Source: Chrysomallon squamiferum
Lineage: Eukaryota > Animalia > Mollusca
Assembly (NCBI GenBank): GCA_012295275.1
Contig: CM022665.1
Location: forward strand, 17,732,001 to 17,796,000
Length of the DNA: 64,000 nucleotides
Reading direction: 5' to 3'
Positions 15,077 through 28,848 of this stretch are shown piece after piece. The notes below the pieces were generated by a model. The model saw only the letters and a list, made by a program, of their open reading frames with translations, was not told the DNA's origin and made no database searches. The translations under genes were made by a program, and so were the position numbers. Numbering within the stretch: the stretch's first letter is position 1; every line of letters begins with the position of its first letter.

Positions 15077-16736
15077 TAATAAAAATTAATAAATAAATAT
15101 TTGATTGGAACAAACATTTGTAGTATTTAGACAATTTATAAGTCTATATACAAATATCTAGATATTGTCTTTGAATTTACTTTGAAAATGTTATGAACTT
15201 TTGTCCCACTATTTTCCCTGAAGTTTCTCGAATATATAAAACTACTCTGATATATCTACCAACTTTCTTTGTCAATGTTTTGATAACATATCATATTGGT
15301 CTCTGAAATTTCCATTATTTTATTTTCTTTCCTTCAATATCTAACACAAATTTTCTGTTCACTGAGCAGAGTAAGCATAGTTTGTTTTTAATTCCTCCAT
15401 ATTTTTAAAATAACTTTATTGTTTTCTTAATTTTTTTTTCATTACTCTTATTATTTTCTTTACTTTTCTATTGTTTCTTAATGTTTTTCATTATTTTTTT
15501 AAATTTCCTTATTGTTTTCATTATTTTTTCACTGTTTTCTTTATTGTTATTTTTTGTTTTATTATTTTTTAATTTTAACTATTGTTTTCATTATTTTTTT
15601 TACTGTTTTCTTTATTGTTATTTTTTGTTTTATAATTTTTTAATTTTAACTATTGTTTTCATTATTTTTCCATTGTTTTGTTTTTTACTTTCCATTTGTA
15701 TTCTTAATTTTTTCTATTGTATTCCTTGTTACTCCATTGTTTTCCCATCAGAAATGATTTACCTTTTTTCCTCATCATGTGATCTCTGTAAACAAAACTA
15801 CCTAGTAAAAACCCATTGTGTGCTGGAATCCTCTTGAAACTTAATTACCTTTTGTTTGTAATTGACTGCTGGTTTTTGTGACCTGAATAATTGTAACAAT
15901 TTAGTCTGAAGTAAAATATAAAAACCTATATTTCTGTCTCAAACACTTTTTTTTTTTTTAATATGTTTGTTTGAAATGTTATTTATTAGAGTTGAATGAA
16001 TGAAAATACAAATAAAAGAATAAATGAATGAATGAATAATTAACAACACCACAGTATGAAAAACAACATGAAAGTGGTCTGTGGAATAATAGCAGTTAGT
16101 TTCTTCATCAGTATTCAGTGTTTAAAAAATGTGTAAAATTATTAAATACTTATGGTTATAGATTTCTTCATTAAAACATTCATAGATTTCTTCATTTCAT
16201 CTGACACAAATGTCTTGGTTCGTTAAATATAGTTTGTTTATTTTTTTTACATATATATTTTTTAAATCTCTTGTGTGTATAATCATTGCAAGATACAACT
16301 AACTTAGCTTTTGAAAATCATTGATGTGTAGATGACAGTTACAAAATATTACTTACTTTGCTATTGAAAATCACTGACATGTAAAACTAATATTAAAACA
16401 GCTAATAACCGATGTCATGAACTTGCATACAAACCTTGCTGTGATAACATACATTAAGATGAATGGGTGGTAAGTATTTTATAGGATGAAGAATACTTAA
16501 GATGAATATACATTACAAGCCTGTGGCTGTGGGTGGATGAGTCAGTATTTATTGAGATAGAAATAAAAAAAACTGTTTGTGGTTGAATGGAGGCACTGTG
16601 TCTGTTTATGAATGGAAATTAGATGGGAGATGATTTAAGAATGTTAAATGGTGTTTGAAAAATGCTTCAAGGGTTTCTCATGTTTCATGCAACAGTTTGT
16701 AGTTTATCATGGAGAAGGAGTGACAAAAGGAGAAGA

Positions 16737-16802
<66 letters not shown>

Positions 16803-17479
16803 AGGGTTAAGGGAGTGGAAGGGGAGGTGAGAGCAAGAAGATGAGGGTGAGAGAATAGAGAAAAAAGAAGGTGTGTGTAAGACAGATGGAGAATGATGGA
16901 AAAAAAAAAAGAGAAAAAGACAAGTAAAGGAAAACAGATAAACGATAGAAAAGTTTAAGGAGATAGACAGATGGTGTGTGAAATAATGAAAGAAGAAGTA
17001 AGGAAAAGAAATAGAGAGAACTGATGTACAGAATAAAAAGACAGAAAGGTAGAAGGTAAGAGAACAAAAAAAAAAGTATGAGAAACAGAGAAATACAGAT
17101 AAATTCACAGAGAAATAGATAGTTAAATATAAAATAAAAACATTTAAAAACACCTGAGGCTTTATTTTTGGATGAATAAAAAGATAATATAACATAAAAT
17201 AAAATAAAACTTTTTGTAATAATATTTGTGAAAAAAAAAGCTTCCAGTTACACTTTCTATAACAGAGCAGTTTTTAAAAATTATATTTTCCTCTGAAAAG
17301 TTTTATTGCCTGATTAACATATTTTAAATAATGTGAGAAAAAAATTGTTAAATATTATGTTTCTGTTTTTATTCTTTTTAAACATATCTATGAATTTTAT
17401 ATTTTTGAAAGCAAAAAATTAAAAAATATAAAAAATTACTATTAGCGATTTTTTCATTATATTATGTATTCAGTTTTAT

Positions 17480-17890
17480 ATTTTATATTAACCCTTTATG
17501 TTTTAAATTAACCATTTATATTTTATGTCATGTCTTAAATTTTCCCTGTAAGTTTCACAATAACCATTTATATATGCATTAGCCTTTTATATTCTAAATT
17601 AACCCTTTACATATTTACATTAATCCTATATATTCTACATTAACTCTTTTTCGTTTATGTAACATCCCTTTATTATTCTACATTAACATTTTCTGTTTTA
17701 CATTAGTTCTTTTTGTTCTGCATTAACCCTTTATATTCTAAACTTATCCATTATATTTTATGTAATCCTTTCATAGTTTTCATAAACCATTTATACTGTG
17801 TTACCCATTTATATTATTTATTAACCTTTTATATTTTATATTATGTTATCCTTTTATACTGTACATTATTTACCCTTTATATTCTAAGAT
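17480..17890. repeat. Minisatellite, about 20-bp unit (attaaccctttatattttac)
   Basis: Visible periodicity. Confidence 0.75.
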
Positions 17891-18403
17891 ACATACTAGT
17901 ATATTATATTTCAAAGAACATGATGTATTGAGATAATAAAATAAACATCAAATAGACATGCCCACATTCTAAACATCTTTTCCTGTTCACAGACAGCATC
18001 AATATGAAGCTGTCTGTTAGGTGAAAGATGGCAGACATTTTGCCAAAATGGCTTCTCTTTGTTACATTGGTTATTTTACCAGACAAGTGAATTTATAAAA
18101 CAAACAGAAAGAAAACCTCCCCATTCTTTGTTATATCTTGTAACAATATGTCACACTTTTCATGTATGATTGTTTTTAACTTGTCAAATATTTGAAATAA
18201 TATGTTTTGTGTGTATGAAAGTTGAAGGTGTTTGGTTAGAAAAAAGATGAGGAGAAATAACTCTGTCTTGGACATTCAGTCCAGGAAAATGTATTGTGTG
18301 TGGATGAAACAGAATTAGTGTGTTCATATATTAGTTCTGGAGTATCTGTGTGTACATGTATGTACATACATATATATATATCAATACATACATACATATA
18401 AAC

Positions 18404-18448
<45 letters not shown>

Positions 18449-20372
18449 TTTGATTTTTGTCACTTTGCTTCAAGTTATAATAATATGTAATTATTAAAAT
18501 ATAAAAGGTTAATTTAATCAGTTGGTACATTTGTGATGTTTTTTCTTTCTTTCTTCTTGTTGTTTTATTTTAATTTGTTTCAAAGGTTCACATTTTTTAT
18601 TTAATTTTTTTTAATTGGGTGTGATTAATGAGATTTTTAATGTTTGTAAATTTTATAATCATTTTCGGCTTATTTTCAATGAATGTTTATTTAGAGACAC
18701 CTGGACATTTTTTAAAGATGAATTATTAAAAATATTTTATAATTATGATTTAAGAGATAAAACTACTTCTACTGGTTACTCTTACCAGTTAGCAGGAAGA
18801 GGTATTTTATATACACCTTCTCGCAAACCGTGAAACTCATACCATGGTTGGAATGGTTAAGGAACTTTGATAAGATTTATTAATATTTTTTCGGCCATTT
18901 TATGATTCTGTCTTTTTTCTGTTTGTCAGATAAATATTTTAATTATGAAACAAAACAAAACAAAAAAAAAAGATTTCTATGTATGTTTGACAATATTAAA
19001 TTTTCACAGGTGAAATAAAATAAAACTGTGATAAGTATATATAACAGTGTTCTGAAAAGAGACATGTTTCTTAATAATAATTATTTGTCATAGTTGACTT
19101 AACAAGTAAGAATTAAAAATTTTATTTCTCCAGTCTCTGTGTTAGTTTCTTTTATGTTATAATGAAACCTGATGGTTTTTCATTAACTTCAACTTTTATG
19201 ATCATATAAAATGTTACAACCATCAGTTAATGGTTAAAACTGCTGATGGTATAGGCCAACTTGGAATCAGTAATGACTACTTCATGTTGTTGTCTATCTA
19301 CACTAATTTCATCAGAGATTTACTTACTTATAAATATGAGATAATTAATAAATAATAATAATAATAATAAAAACTGTTGGATTAACATGTGTAGAAATAT
19401 CAGATGCAGTAATTATATTTGCAAATGATAACAGAACTTAAGACATATTTTACTTTTATTTTTATAAAGTACAGATTAGATTAGAAAACATATTTATATA
19501 TAGGGCATATGTAGGTTATAATTTTTTTGAGCAAAGTTACATTGGAGATTGTATTTTCTTACAATTAGCTTGCTGTACTGTGATGCTCATTTAACATTGT
19601 AAAATTTTACAACAACAATTAAGATTTAACCCTTTACCTTTTCAGATTACTTAATAGCTGATGTATTCATAGTGTTAACATTTCATTAAGTGTTCTTTGT
19701 TTCTTCCATTCACTAGATAGGCACTGACTAGGTATTTTCTAAAGATTATTTTTTTAAAACAATTACTGGTGATTATCAAATGCTTGTTTTTTAAGGACAT
19801 ATTAATAGAACTGAATATGATGACTGGGTAAATTGATGTATTAACAGAACTGACAGAAATGAAAATGATTACTGGGTTCATTTGGAATTAGTATTTGTTT
19901 GGAGTATTAACAGAAATGAAAAGATTAATTAGTTAAGATTGTATTTTGTTGACTGAGAATTAAAGATTCAAGTCTTGAACTAACTGGTCAGTTTACTGAT
20001 GTTTGAAACCAGGTGGCAACCATCAGTTTGCTAATATCTGACCCAACATAACAACTGGTTATATTGTTTTGTTGTTTCAGTTCCTTTGATTGAAAACCCA
20101 TTATTATTTTTAAAGAAGAACTTACCAAAGTATAACATCATACAGTTCTTTGTATTAATTCATGACCAGTCAGTTAGTGTATCAATAAATTTACTATATT
20201 TTGTCAGCAGAGGGTGAGTTTGAAAATATTTTCATAACATATTATTTTTGAAAACTGTAATCATGCTTAAATCTGTTTTTACCATTTTATAAGGTAGTTT
20301 AGAATTTTACAGAGTAACCTTCAGAGATTTAAATAGGTATCAGCTGAAGCAGAGTCCAGAATCTAGAAATTA

Positions 20373-20447
<75 letters not shown>

Positions 20448-21772
20448 GGTGCTGAAAATCAGCTGAACACACAAGTAATTCAGACATCTTGAATTAAATA
20501 TTTTAATATCTAAATGTTTAAAATTTTTGTCATAGAAACAAAACTCTAAAACATTTATTGTTTTATTTTTTTTTAACAATTTTTGAACAATAAAACAACA
20601 CTTAATATTTTAATATTAAACTTTTTTCAGCTTTAAAATTTCCATCATTGTAACAGAATAAATATAATATTTCAGATGACATTCTTATGATGACAATGCA
20701 CAGAAAACAAACTATATATACCAATAATAATTATAACTTTCTGTGTAATTATTGTATTGTCTAGGCAACAAACTATATAGAACAATAAAAATGATAAATT
20801 ATCTTATTTTCTTAATAACTGTAAACTAAACAACAAACCATATACATACACACACAATAAAAGTTATAAATATTTTAACTTTCTTAATAATTGTATTTTC
20901 TGTACAACAGATTATATATACAATACAAATTATTTAACTTGTTTTTGAAAATTGTATTTTCTAGAGAAAAACTATACACACATAGATACAATAAAAATTA
21001 TCAGCAGTTATTTAACTTTTTAATTATTGTGTTAGAACAAACAAGAGGCAATATTTTAATTTTTAAGTGTCTGTTCACCGATTTTTAATGGCTGAATCAA
21101 CATAAAAAAGCAAAGAGCACTTAGCAGCATTTTTCACTGACGTTTAGCAATGCAAAACATTTTTTTCTTCTCTTTGGGTTAGCATGTGTACACACATATC
21201 TGCCTTAATTTTAAGCAGACGTAAAACTCAAAAATAGACTGGTTGCCGTGACATTATGAACTAAACCTTTTCATGTCATCTTCTGCTCATTTCATCTACA
21301 ATGATAAAAGGTTTTACACAAAGTCATGTTGTTGTCTGTTTCAAAATCTCTGGTGGTGGCATCTAAACGTCATGACAGCATCCACAGAAACAAACTCTGA
21401 GGAAAGTAGTAACTGAAAAGTTATGGAGGAGTTGAAATTTTCATGGACTTTGGGAATTTTTTCTTTCTGTTTTTGATGATTTCCAGAAAATATTTTATTT
21501 CTTTTTATCTTGGAATTTATTTTTTGACATTTTTCTTCAAGTAATGAAATATCAACAACTTTATTTATGATATTTTCAGTTTAAAATTTAGATTCAAATA
21601 AACTGAAGGATATTTAAAATATTTATTTTTGTTTGATTTTAATCTGAAATTGAAATATTTTGGATTTTTGAACTTTGTTTTATTCATACACACATATGGA
21701 TCTTTGTACAATCTTTTAAAGATAAATTTGGATTGTAAATGATTTTGGTTTTTGAAATTACCAAAACTAGAT

Positions 21773-21890
21773 ATGGGAAATGTAAAAAGTAGGAAGTGTC
21801 ATACATTTCAAGGTTCACTGACGATTGAGAATTCTCAAAATGTGGAATCTAAAAAGCTGGATAAAAGTTTGTGTGAAAAACAAACCAAGT
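21773..21890 (+). CDS. SHANK: Candidate alternative first coding exon of Shank (MGNVKSRKCHTFQGSLTIENSQNVESKKLDKSLCEKQTK)
   Basis: ATG-initiated, stop-free 39 codons + 1 nt, ending at donor GTAAGT (21891). Phase 1 matches the 23260 acceptor. N-terminus fits the MGxxxS myristoylation consensus. Confidence 0.55.
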
Positions 21891-23259
21891 GTAAGTGTAT
21901 TGATTTGACATATACAAAGTTTTAAATTATAAATACTAGTTTGGTTTAAAACATATGTAAATTTATATCTTTAATAAAAGTATATTAGTTTAAAACAGAT
22001 CTGAATATTTAACAAAAGTACAACTTTTGGTACAGAGTCCTAAACAATTATAAGATTTTTACAAAAGCATGACATGTCATGATAATATGTGTGAAAAAGT
22101 CAGAGTCATCCTGTCAGACATGTATTTCAATCACAATCCTTTATTATTAGTAAAGATGAGGTACTATAAGAAAACTATCAGAATCATAAAATCATAATGT
22201 ATCACTAAAGGATTGCTTTAACTGTTAAACAACATTCTAAAACTGATGTATTTTTCTTTTTGTTTCTTTTTATCATTTATCAGTTGTTCTTCTTATAATA
22301 TTACTTTATTTTTTAATACTATCTTGACAATTTATACTTTTTAATAATTTCTAGTGATTAATAATCTTGGCAATAAACTCATTTTTAGACCAGTATCTGG
22401 GTGGGTCGTTATTCCTATACCCCTTTTTTCATTGACTGGTGCTTTTAATTTATTATGAAACTCCCTTCACATTGAACATTATGTTTCTTTGTCAGTTGTC
22501 TACTTTTATAAGAACAATGATATCACTGTGTTGTAATTCTGAGATTCTGGATTTAGTCTTATAGCTGAGATGACCGGTGCCCTGTCAAATTGAAGATTGT
22601 TTCTGCTACAAACTGACACTTACTGGCTCCCAGATTTTGCTAATTTATATTTCTGTCATAACTAGTAAATGTAATGTACTCATTGTTAAACAAATGCATT
22701 GTCCCTTCTGAAAGGAAATACATCATTTCAGTTATATTGAAATAGATCACATTGTACTAGAGTGTTCATTTACTGGGGTGTTATGGGTCACAAGATCAGT
22801 TTCCCATTCCAGGCAGTACCTAATGAAGTATGTATTAGTGTGCATAATTTGTACTTAAATAAACGATCCCTTGTAGAAATGAGTAAGAGTAGCCCATAGT
22901 ACTGAAATGAGTAGGAATAACCCACACAGTGAGGAAACTAGTAAAAATAGCCCTTAATGTAGAAATGAGTGAGAATAGTCCATAATGTTGAAGTATGTTT
23001 CTTTTCTCATATTATGACTTACAAAAACAACATAAAAGAAAAACTGTAAAGATTTTTTCATTTTTCTCAAATCATCATTATACTATTGAAGTGATTGTTT
23101 TTTGTACAGAATATTAAAAATACTTATATTATCTTCATCAGTAAAAAAATGGCTGAAAATCAAATCTGGTAATATTCATAGTGAAGAAGAAGAAAAAAAA
23201 AAATTATTGACTATAATGTTAGCAAGATTTATAATAAATATTTTTTTTATATTTTTCAG

Positions 23260-23390
23260 CTCAAACAAGGGCAGCTAACTTGGACTTTCAGCCCACCCCA
23301 GAATTCCCTGCACTACAGTATCTGGACAGTGTGGACATTGGAAGTCAGGCTGATAGGGTAGGGCTAAAGTCTGGGGACTTTCTACTGGAG
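23260..23390 (+). CDS. SHANK: Shank PDZ exon (SQTRAANLDFQPTPEFPALQYLDSVDIGSQADRVGLKSGDFLLE)
   Basis: Acceptor atttttcag, donor GTGAGT. FxPTPxFPALQYL and GLxxGDFLxE are characteristic Shank PDZ motifs. Confidence 0.95.
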
Positions 23391-23426
23391 GTGAGTTATC
23401 TTTCTTTGTTTAAAATAATAAAAAAA

Positions 23427-23462
<36 letters not shown>

Positions 23463-24630
23463 TAAAAAAAAATAATGAATTATAAATAACAACAGCTAAA
23501 GTGCAACAACCAAAATTAAAGCTAAAAATATAAGTAAAAACCCCAACAAAAACAACTTTAATAATAATTATAATAATAATAATGCTAAGTAAATAAATAA
23601 ATTTAAAATCCATTCTTAAGATTTATTTCATTTATTTCACATGTACTTTTTTCTTTCCTTTTCACTCTTTTCTTTGTTGTTCTTGTACTTTTTTTCTTTT
23701 GTTTTCTAAATTAATTTTGTTGCAGGAAAAGGTGAAGAAGTAAAATTTATCATTATTTTCTAAACCTGTGTCAAAAAGGCACACAAACACACACAAAAAA
23801 TAATGACTGTTTATGAAGGGAAGTAACTCTACTGTAAAGAAATTCAGTAATTTGAAACAACAAAGCTAAGCGCTTAAATTTGACACTTACTGTTCGTGCT
23901 ATTGGTAAAATATATCTTTCGAAGATTAAACTTTTTGTTTTGTTCCTCAAAATATTTATCAGAGATATCAGCTCCACTGTAATTGAAGTGCATTGTTTCA
24001 TTTGTTAATAATACAAAAGAATAAAAAAAAAAAAAAGGAAATAAAAGAAGCATAGAAGATATTTTATTACCAGAAGTGTATAATACCTGCATTATCTCAA
24101 AGGAATATTTTAAAAAAAATTTAAATTTTATTCATTGTTTGAACGTAGCAATTACATTTCTGAAATTGTTTTGTCTTATTTTTGGAATTTATTGTGTGTT
24201 CTGTTTTTTCTTTTCTACTTGTTTTGTTTTGTTTTGTTTCTTTTTTTACATCTTAAGCAAAACTCTAAAATCTAGGCATTTAGAATTATTAACATATACT
24301 GTTTTACCTCTTACAAAATTATTTAACATCTTAGCATAACACATATTTTCACCTTAGTATATAATTTGTTTTTGACAGCAAAACAGTTTTGAATTATAAT
24401 TTATTTGTTTAAATTTGACATTTGCATACAGATAAACAGAATTCATTAATTCTCATTGTTTAATACCTTTATTTCAATCCAAAAAACCCCCCAAAAACAA
24501 CAACCATTACTCAATAATTAAGTGAAATATACAGAACAAAAACAAATAAAAAAGATACTACTACTATTACTACCACCACTACTACTACAAATAATAGTGT
24601 AATAAATTAATAATAACAATCACAATAATT

Positions 24631-24663
<33 letters not shown>

Positions 24664-26154
24664 TAAAATAAAAAATGATATAAAATATAATAAAATAATA
24701 AACTGCACTATACTGTACTATACAAAACTAAAATAAAATAAAATAAAATAAAATAAAATATATGATATGATATAAATAAATATCAATTGGTTTTCAATTC
24801 AAATTCAAAGTCATATTTACCTAACAACAAATATTTTAATTAGGACATTGGATTTTAAAATTTCATAAACTAGAATTATCTGCTCTTGTTTCTCTGCCAT
24901 TTTCTTAAAGTACATGGATATTTGTTGATTTTTCTCACTGTAAAAACAAACATTATTTATCACAACCATACAAACTGAGAACAATCATTTTAGTATGGAT
25001 GTCAGAGACATTTTGAGGATAAAAACAAACAAAAAAGTTAATAACTTTACAAATCAATATCTCCTCACATCTAAGTCCTAATTCGTGAATCAATGTTTGC
25101 TGTTGACTGATAATTGTGTTGTTTTGGGTTAAAGTGGGGATGGAAACTGTTAAAAATGTGCTGGTATGGCTCAGTTTGTTGTTGTTTCAAGCATTCTCTC
25201 AGTCAAATCCAGCTGAAGAGAGCTGCTAAATTCTTTATCCTCTTTCAAGGGAAATTGTCTGATTGATTAGCACAGATCTGTGATGAAAAGCCTTGTCTGA
25301 CAAATGACGGAAACAAATATGAAAATGTCATTGTTGTGGTAGTCGCATCTCTGGTGATGGATTTTGTTGTTGTTGTGAAGTAATGTTATGCAGGTTGGAA
25401 ATGTGTTGTGTAATGTTAAAGAAGGCCTGAGGTGCTGCAGACAAATATATGTGCTTATAAATGACCATTATGTGGTAATAAAACTTTAATGATAATAAAG
25501 TATGTTAAATAATGTAAAAAAAATTTGAAACACTCTTGTTTTACATTTTTCTTGTGTAACTAGAATATTATGTCTTAAAAAAGTGAACAGATAAATAAAT
25601 AAACACAAAACAACAACCAAAAACCCACCACCCCTTTATTTATACTCCTTGTTTACTCTCATCATCAGTGTGAGAAAAATCATTGACAAACTTTCTGAGA
25701 AAAATGTTAGCAATTTAGTTTCCATCATTTTATCTCAACTTTTCTTTCATTTAACTTTTTAATATTTCTTTTTAAGATGTAACATCTTCACACACAAGAA
25801 AACAAAATGGCTGTCTCCAAAATTTACATCAGAATTGAAATATTTGAAATGTTTGAAAATCAGAATACAAAAAACCCCACAATAATAATAATAATAATAA
25901 ATAAATAAAACAAAACAAAAAAAGGAGGTAATATAATAAAAATAAGAAAGGAAACAAGAGAAGAGCAACAAATAAAGCATTCATCATTGTCAGAGCAGAA
26001 AAGCACACAAAGCCAAAAAAATATTTTTAAAAAAATGAAAATATCTGAATGAATTTTTTGTCTGTTTAGGTTTTTTAAAATTAAAAATGTTGATTACTGC
26101 TTTCAAAATAAAATATGTAATGATTGTTATTATCATTACTACTTTTATTTTTAC

Positions 26155-26342
26155 ATTTCTTTCTCTTCATTGTGTTGACTCAAAATCTATATTTCTACAC
26201 TTCCTTTCTCTTTATTGCATTGATCAAAACATTTTTCTCTTTCTTTTCTCTTCATTGTGTTGACTCAAAATCTATATTTCTACAAAGCTTTCAAAACATA
26301 TTTTCTACATTTCTTTTCTCTTCATTGTGTTGACTCAAAATT
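26155..26342. repeat. Three tandem copies of ttttctcttcattgtgttgactcaaaat
   Basis: Near-exact copies at about 26160, 26244 and 26314. Confidence 0.85.
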
Positions 26343-27918
26343 TCTAAATGATTCTTTCATTATTCATTTTGTATTTTTTTTTAAACAAACTTTTCTCCCA
26401 TTTTTGCTGTATAATGAGAAAGGAAACTGTACAAACAGTAAATATAGGTGTCTGTTGTCCAGTTTGTGGTCAATATTTAGATACAGGGTTGTCCATGTGA
26501 GATGCAATTATCAAACATCTGTTCCTTATTGTACTGCACTGTGGAAGACAACTGTTTGTGAGATGAAGATGTTTCTATGGAGGAGTTTTGCTAATTGGTT
26601 TTATTAGTGGTGAAGAGTTTCTTTTCATGTGCTAGGAGTATGTGATTTGTTTTTGAAAAAGGTTTTTTTTTTTTTTGATGGGATATACAGAGAAAATATT
26701 TCAATTGATAAATGCGGAAAACATATGAAAATTATTGATAGATATGGACAGAAAATATTTTTGGTGTGGTAAATGTAAAATATATAGGTAAACAATTTCA
26801 TTTGGTATATTTATAATATATGGGGAAAAATATTTTATTTAATAAATTTAGAATACATAGGGTAAATAGTTCATTTGATAAATTTAGATTAAAAAGGAAA
26901 AATATATATATTTTTTTAATTAAATTTGGAATACACAGAAAAAACATTTTTGTTTTGTAAATTTGAAATATTTATTTTTTGGAAATGGGTCACATTTAAT
27001 CTGAAATATAACATTTCTATTTGTTCATATCTTTTTTTGGTTGCATATAATCTACAGTATAACATTTCTATCTCTACATCTTTGAAAACTGGAAACTAGT
27101 CACAGACAAAAAGGTGAGGTGTTGAAAGGTGTTCAGGTAATCTGAGGACTACCTGACCTAAACGAGTTTTTAACGAACCTTTCAAGTTCTAGAGATGTTG
27201 TGTGTTGTTTGATGTGGTCAGAAGTATGTCTGATTAAACAAGAAGAAGTGGACATCAAAAGTAGTGCTTAATTTGAACACTGCTCTTCACTTTTATCTTG
27301 TGTAACAAATTCTTACAATTTTACTGATTTTGTTTGTTGCTTGTACCAGAGTGAGATGTTATTTTTAAAGTAAAGCTGACATCTTTTTTTGTGAGTGTGT
27401 ACAACAAGATAGTTGAAGTGAAATGAAAGAAAACTATAAAATAAAATTATAAATAAAATGATAAAATAAAAAAATTGAAATATTGAAATAAAATTAAATT
27501 ATCAAAAAAAATATAATTTAAAAAACAAGAAAGAAAAAAAATAAAACAAAATAATGTAAAATGAAATTAAATAAAATAATTAAAAATGTAATAAATGAAA
27601 TTAAAGTAGAACGAAATAAATAAAATAAAAATAATAATTAAATCAAATTAAAAAATAGAAATAACTATTGAAAAGAATAATAATAAAAAATAATAATAGA
27701 AATTAAAAAGAATACATTAAAATTTAAAAAAAAAAACGTAATAAAAGTAAAATAGAATTAAATAAAATGAAATAAAATCATAAAAAGGAAAGGAAATAAT
27801 TTTAAACTTAAAACAGTGAAACATAAATAAAATAATAAATAGAGTAATTTAATATTAGATATACATTCCACTTAATTACTTGTCTGTTATTTTTATTCCT
27901 GACTCTGTTTACTTGAAG

Positions 27919-28093
27919 ATTAATGATGAAAATGTTGTACGTGCATCTCACGAACGAGTTGTACAACTTATACGATCATCACGAGACCGTCTGAAGATGA
28001 AAGTTGTCACTGTCCGACCCACGGAGAAAGAAAATGATTGGTTTATTCATCAAGATGGGGCAATGACCCTCCCCAACAGAATCAAAAGATCAG
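27919..28093 (+). CDS. SHANK: Shank exon, end of PDZ (INDENVVRASHERVVQLIRSSRDRLKMKVVTV...NRIKRS)
   Basis: Phase 0 in, phase 1 out (donor GTAAAA at 28094). H-x-x-VV-x-LIR alphaB helix of a class I PDZ domain. Confidence 0.93.
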
Positions 28094-28435
28094 GTAAAAA
28101 AAAAAAAAAATTAGTATATAATGAAATTAATTTATTCTCTGAAAAATTAGAAATAATATAAAATAAAATAAATCAGAAAAATTTAAAAAGAAATTTAATT
28201 GCAAATATATTAACAACAACAATAATTATAATTATAATAATACCAATAACAACAATAATAAAAAAGCAATAAGCACAAAAACCTAAAGATAAAAAAAAAA
28301 AAAAAAAAAAAAAAAGTGTCCACAAAGGTAATATGGAGGAATTTAAATAGACAGAAACTGAGCTAGTTAAACAAATAGTTAAGACTGAGTCTGCTGTTGA
28401 CTTGTTTTCTAACATGTTTTTGTCTGTGTTTGTAG

Positions 28436-28525
28436 CTCCCACCCCACCAAAGAGAGATCCACAGACTTCCCTCTCATACAGTAAAGGAACATCACGATCA
28501 ATGGCAGAAGGAATGGAGGAAATTG
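28436..28525 (+). CDS. SHANK: Shank post-PDZ exon (APTPPKRDPQTSLSYSKGTSRSMAEGMEEI)
   Basis: Acceptor gtttgtag, donor GTAAGT, 90 nt, phase 1-1. Resembles the APPPPKR..T.L...S.SM..ELEEL segment that follows the PDZ in vertebrate Shanks. Confidence 0.9.
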
Positions 28526-28848
28526 GTAAGTTGATTTTATTACTTTTATTGTCAGTATTTGTATTTACTCATTAATGTGCATGTTTATTTATTTTATGTT
28601 TAAATTAATTAATTATTCATTTATTTATTAAAGACTTTTTAAAATAAAAATTTAATTAATTTATGTGTTTGTTCATTTCTGTCTTTCTTTGTTTTGTTTT
28701 ATTTGCTTGTTCATTTATTTATTTATTTACTATTATCATTGCCAATGCTTTTGTTTTGTTTTGTTTATTTATTTATTATTATTATTATTATTTTTTTAAA
28801 TTAAATATTTCATTAAAAAATTAATTTTACTCTCTCCTTTAATTTCAG

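Noticed and set aside
17480-17890. Regularly spaced repeats as a CRISPR-like array
   Set aside because: Eukaryotic context; contiguous degenerate units without unique spacers, and no cas genes.
14215-18850. Using the tagcagcaag..tcttttatat repeat to name the species
   Set aside because: It reminds me of an abundant gastropod interspersed repeat, but the copies are too decayed and I cannot run a search to confirm.
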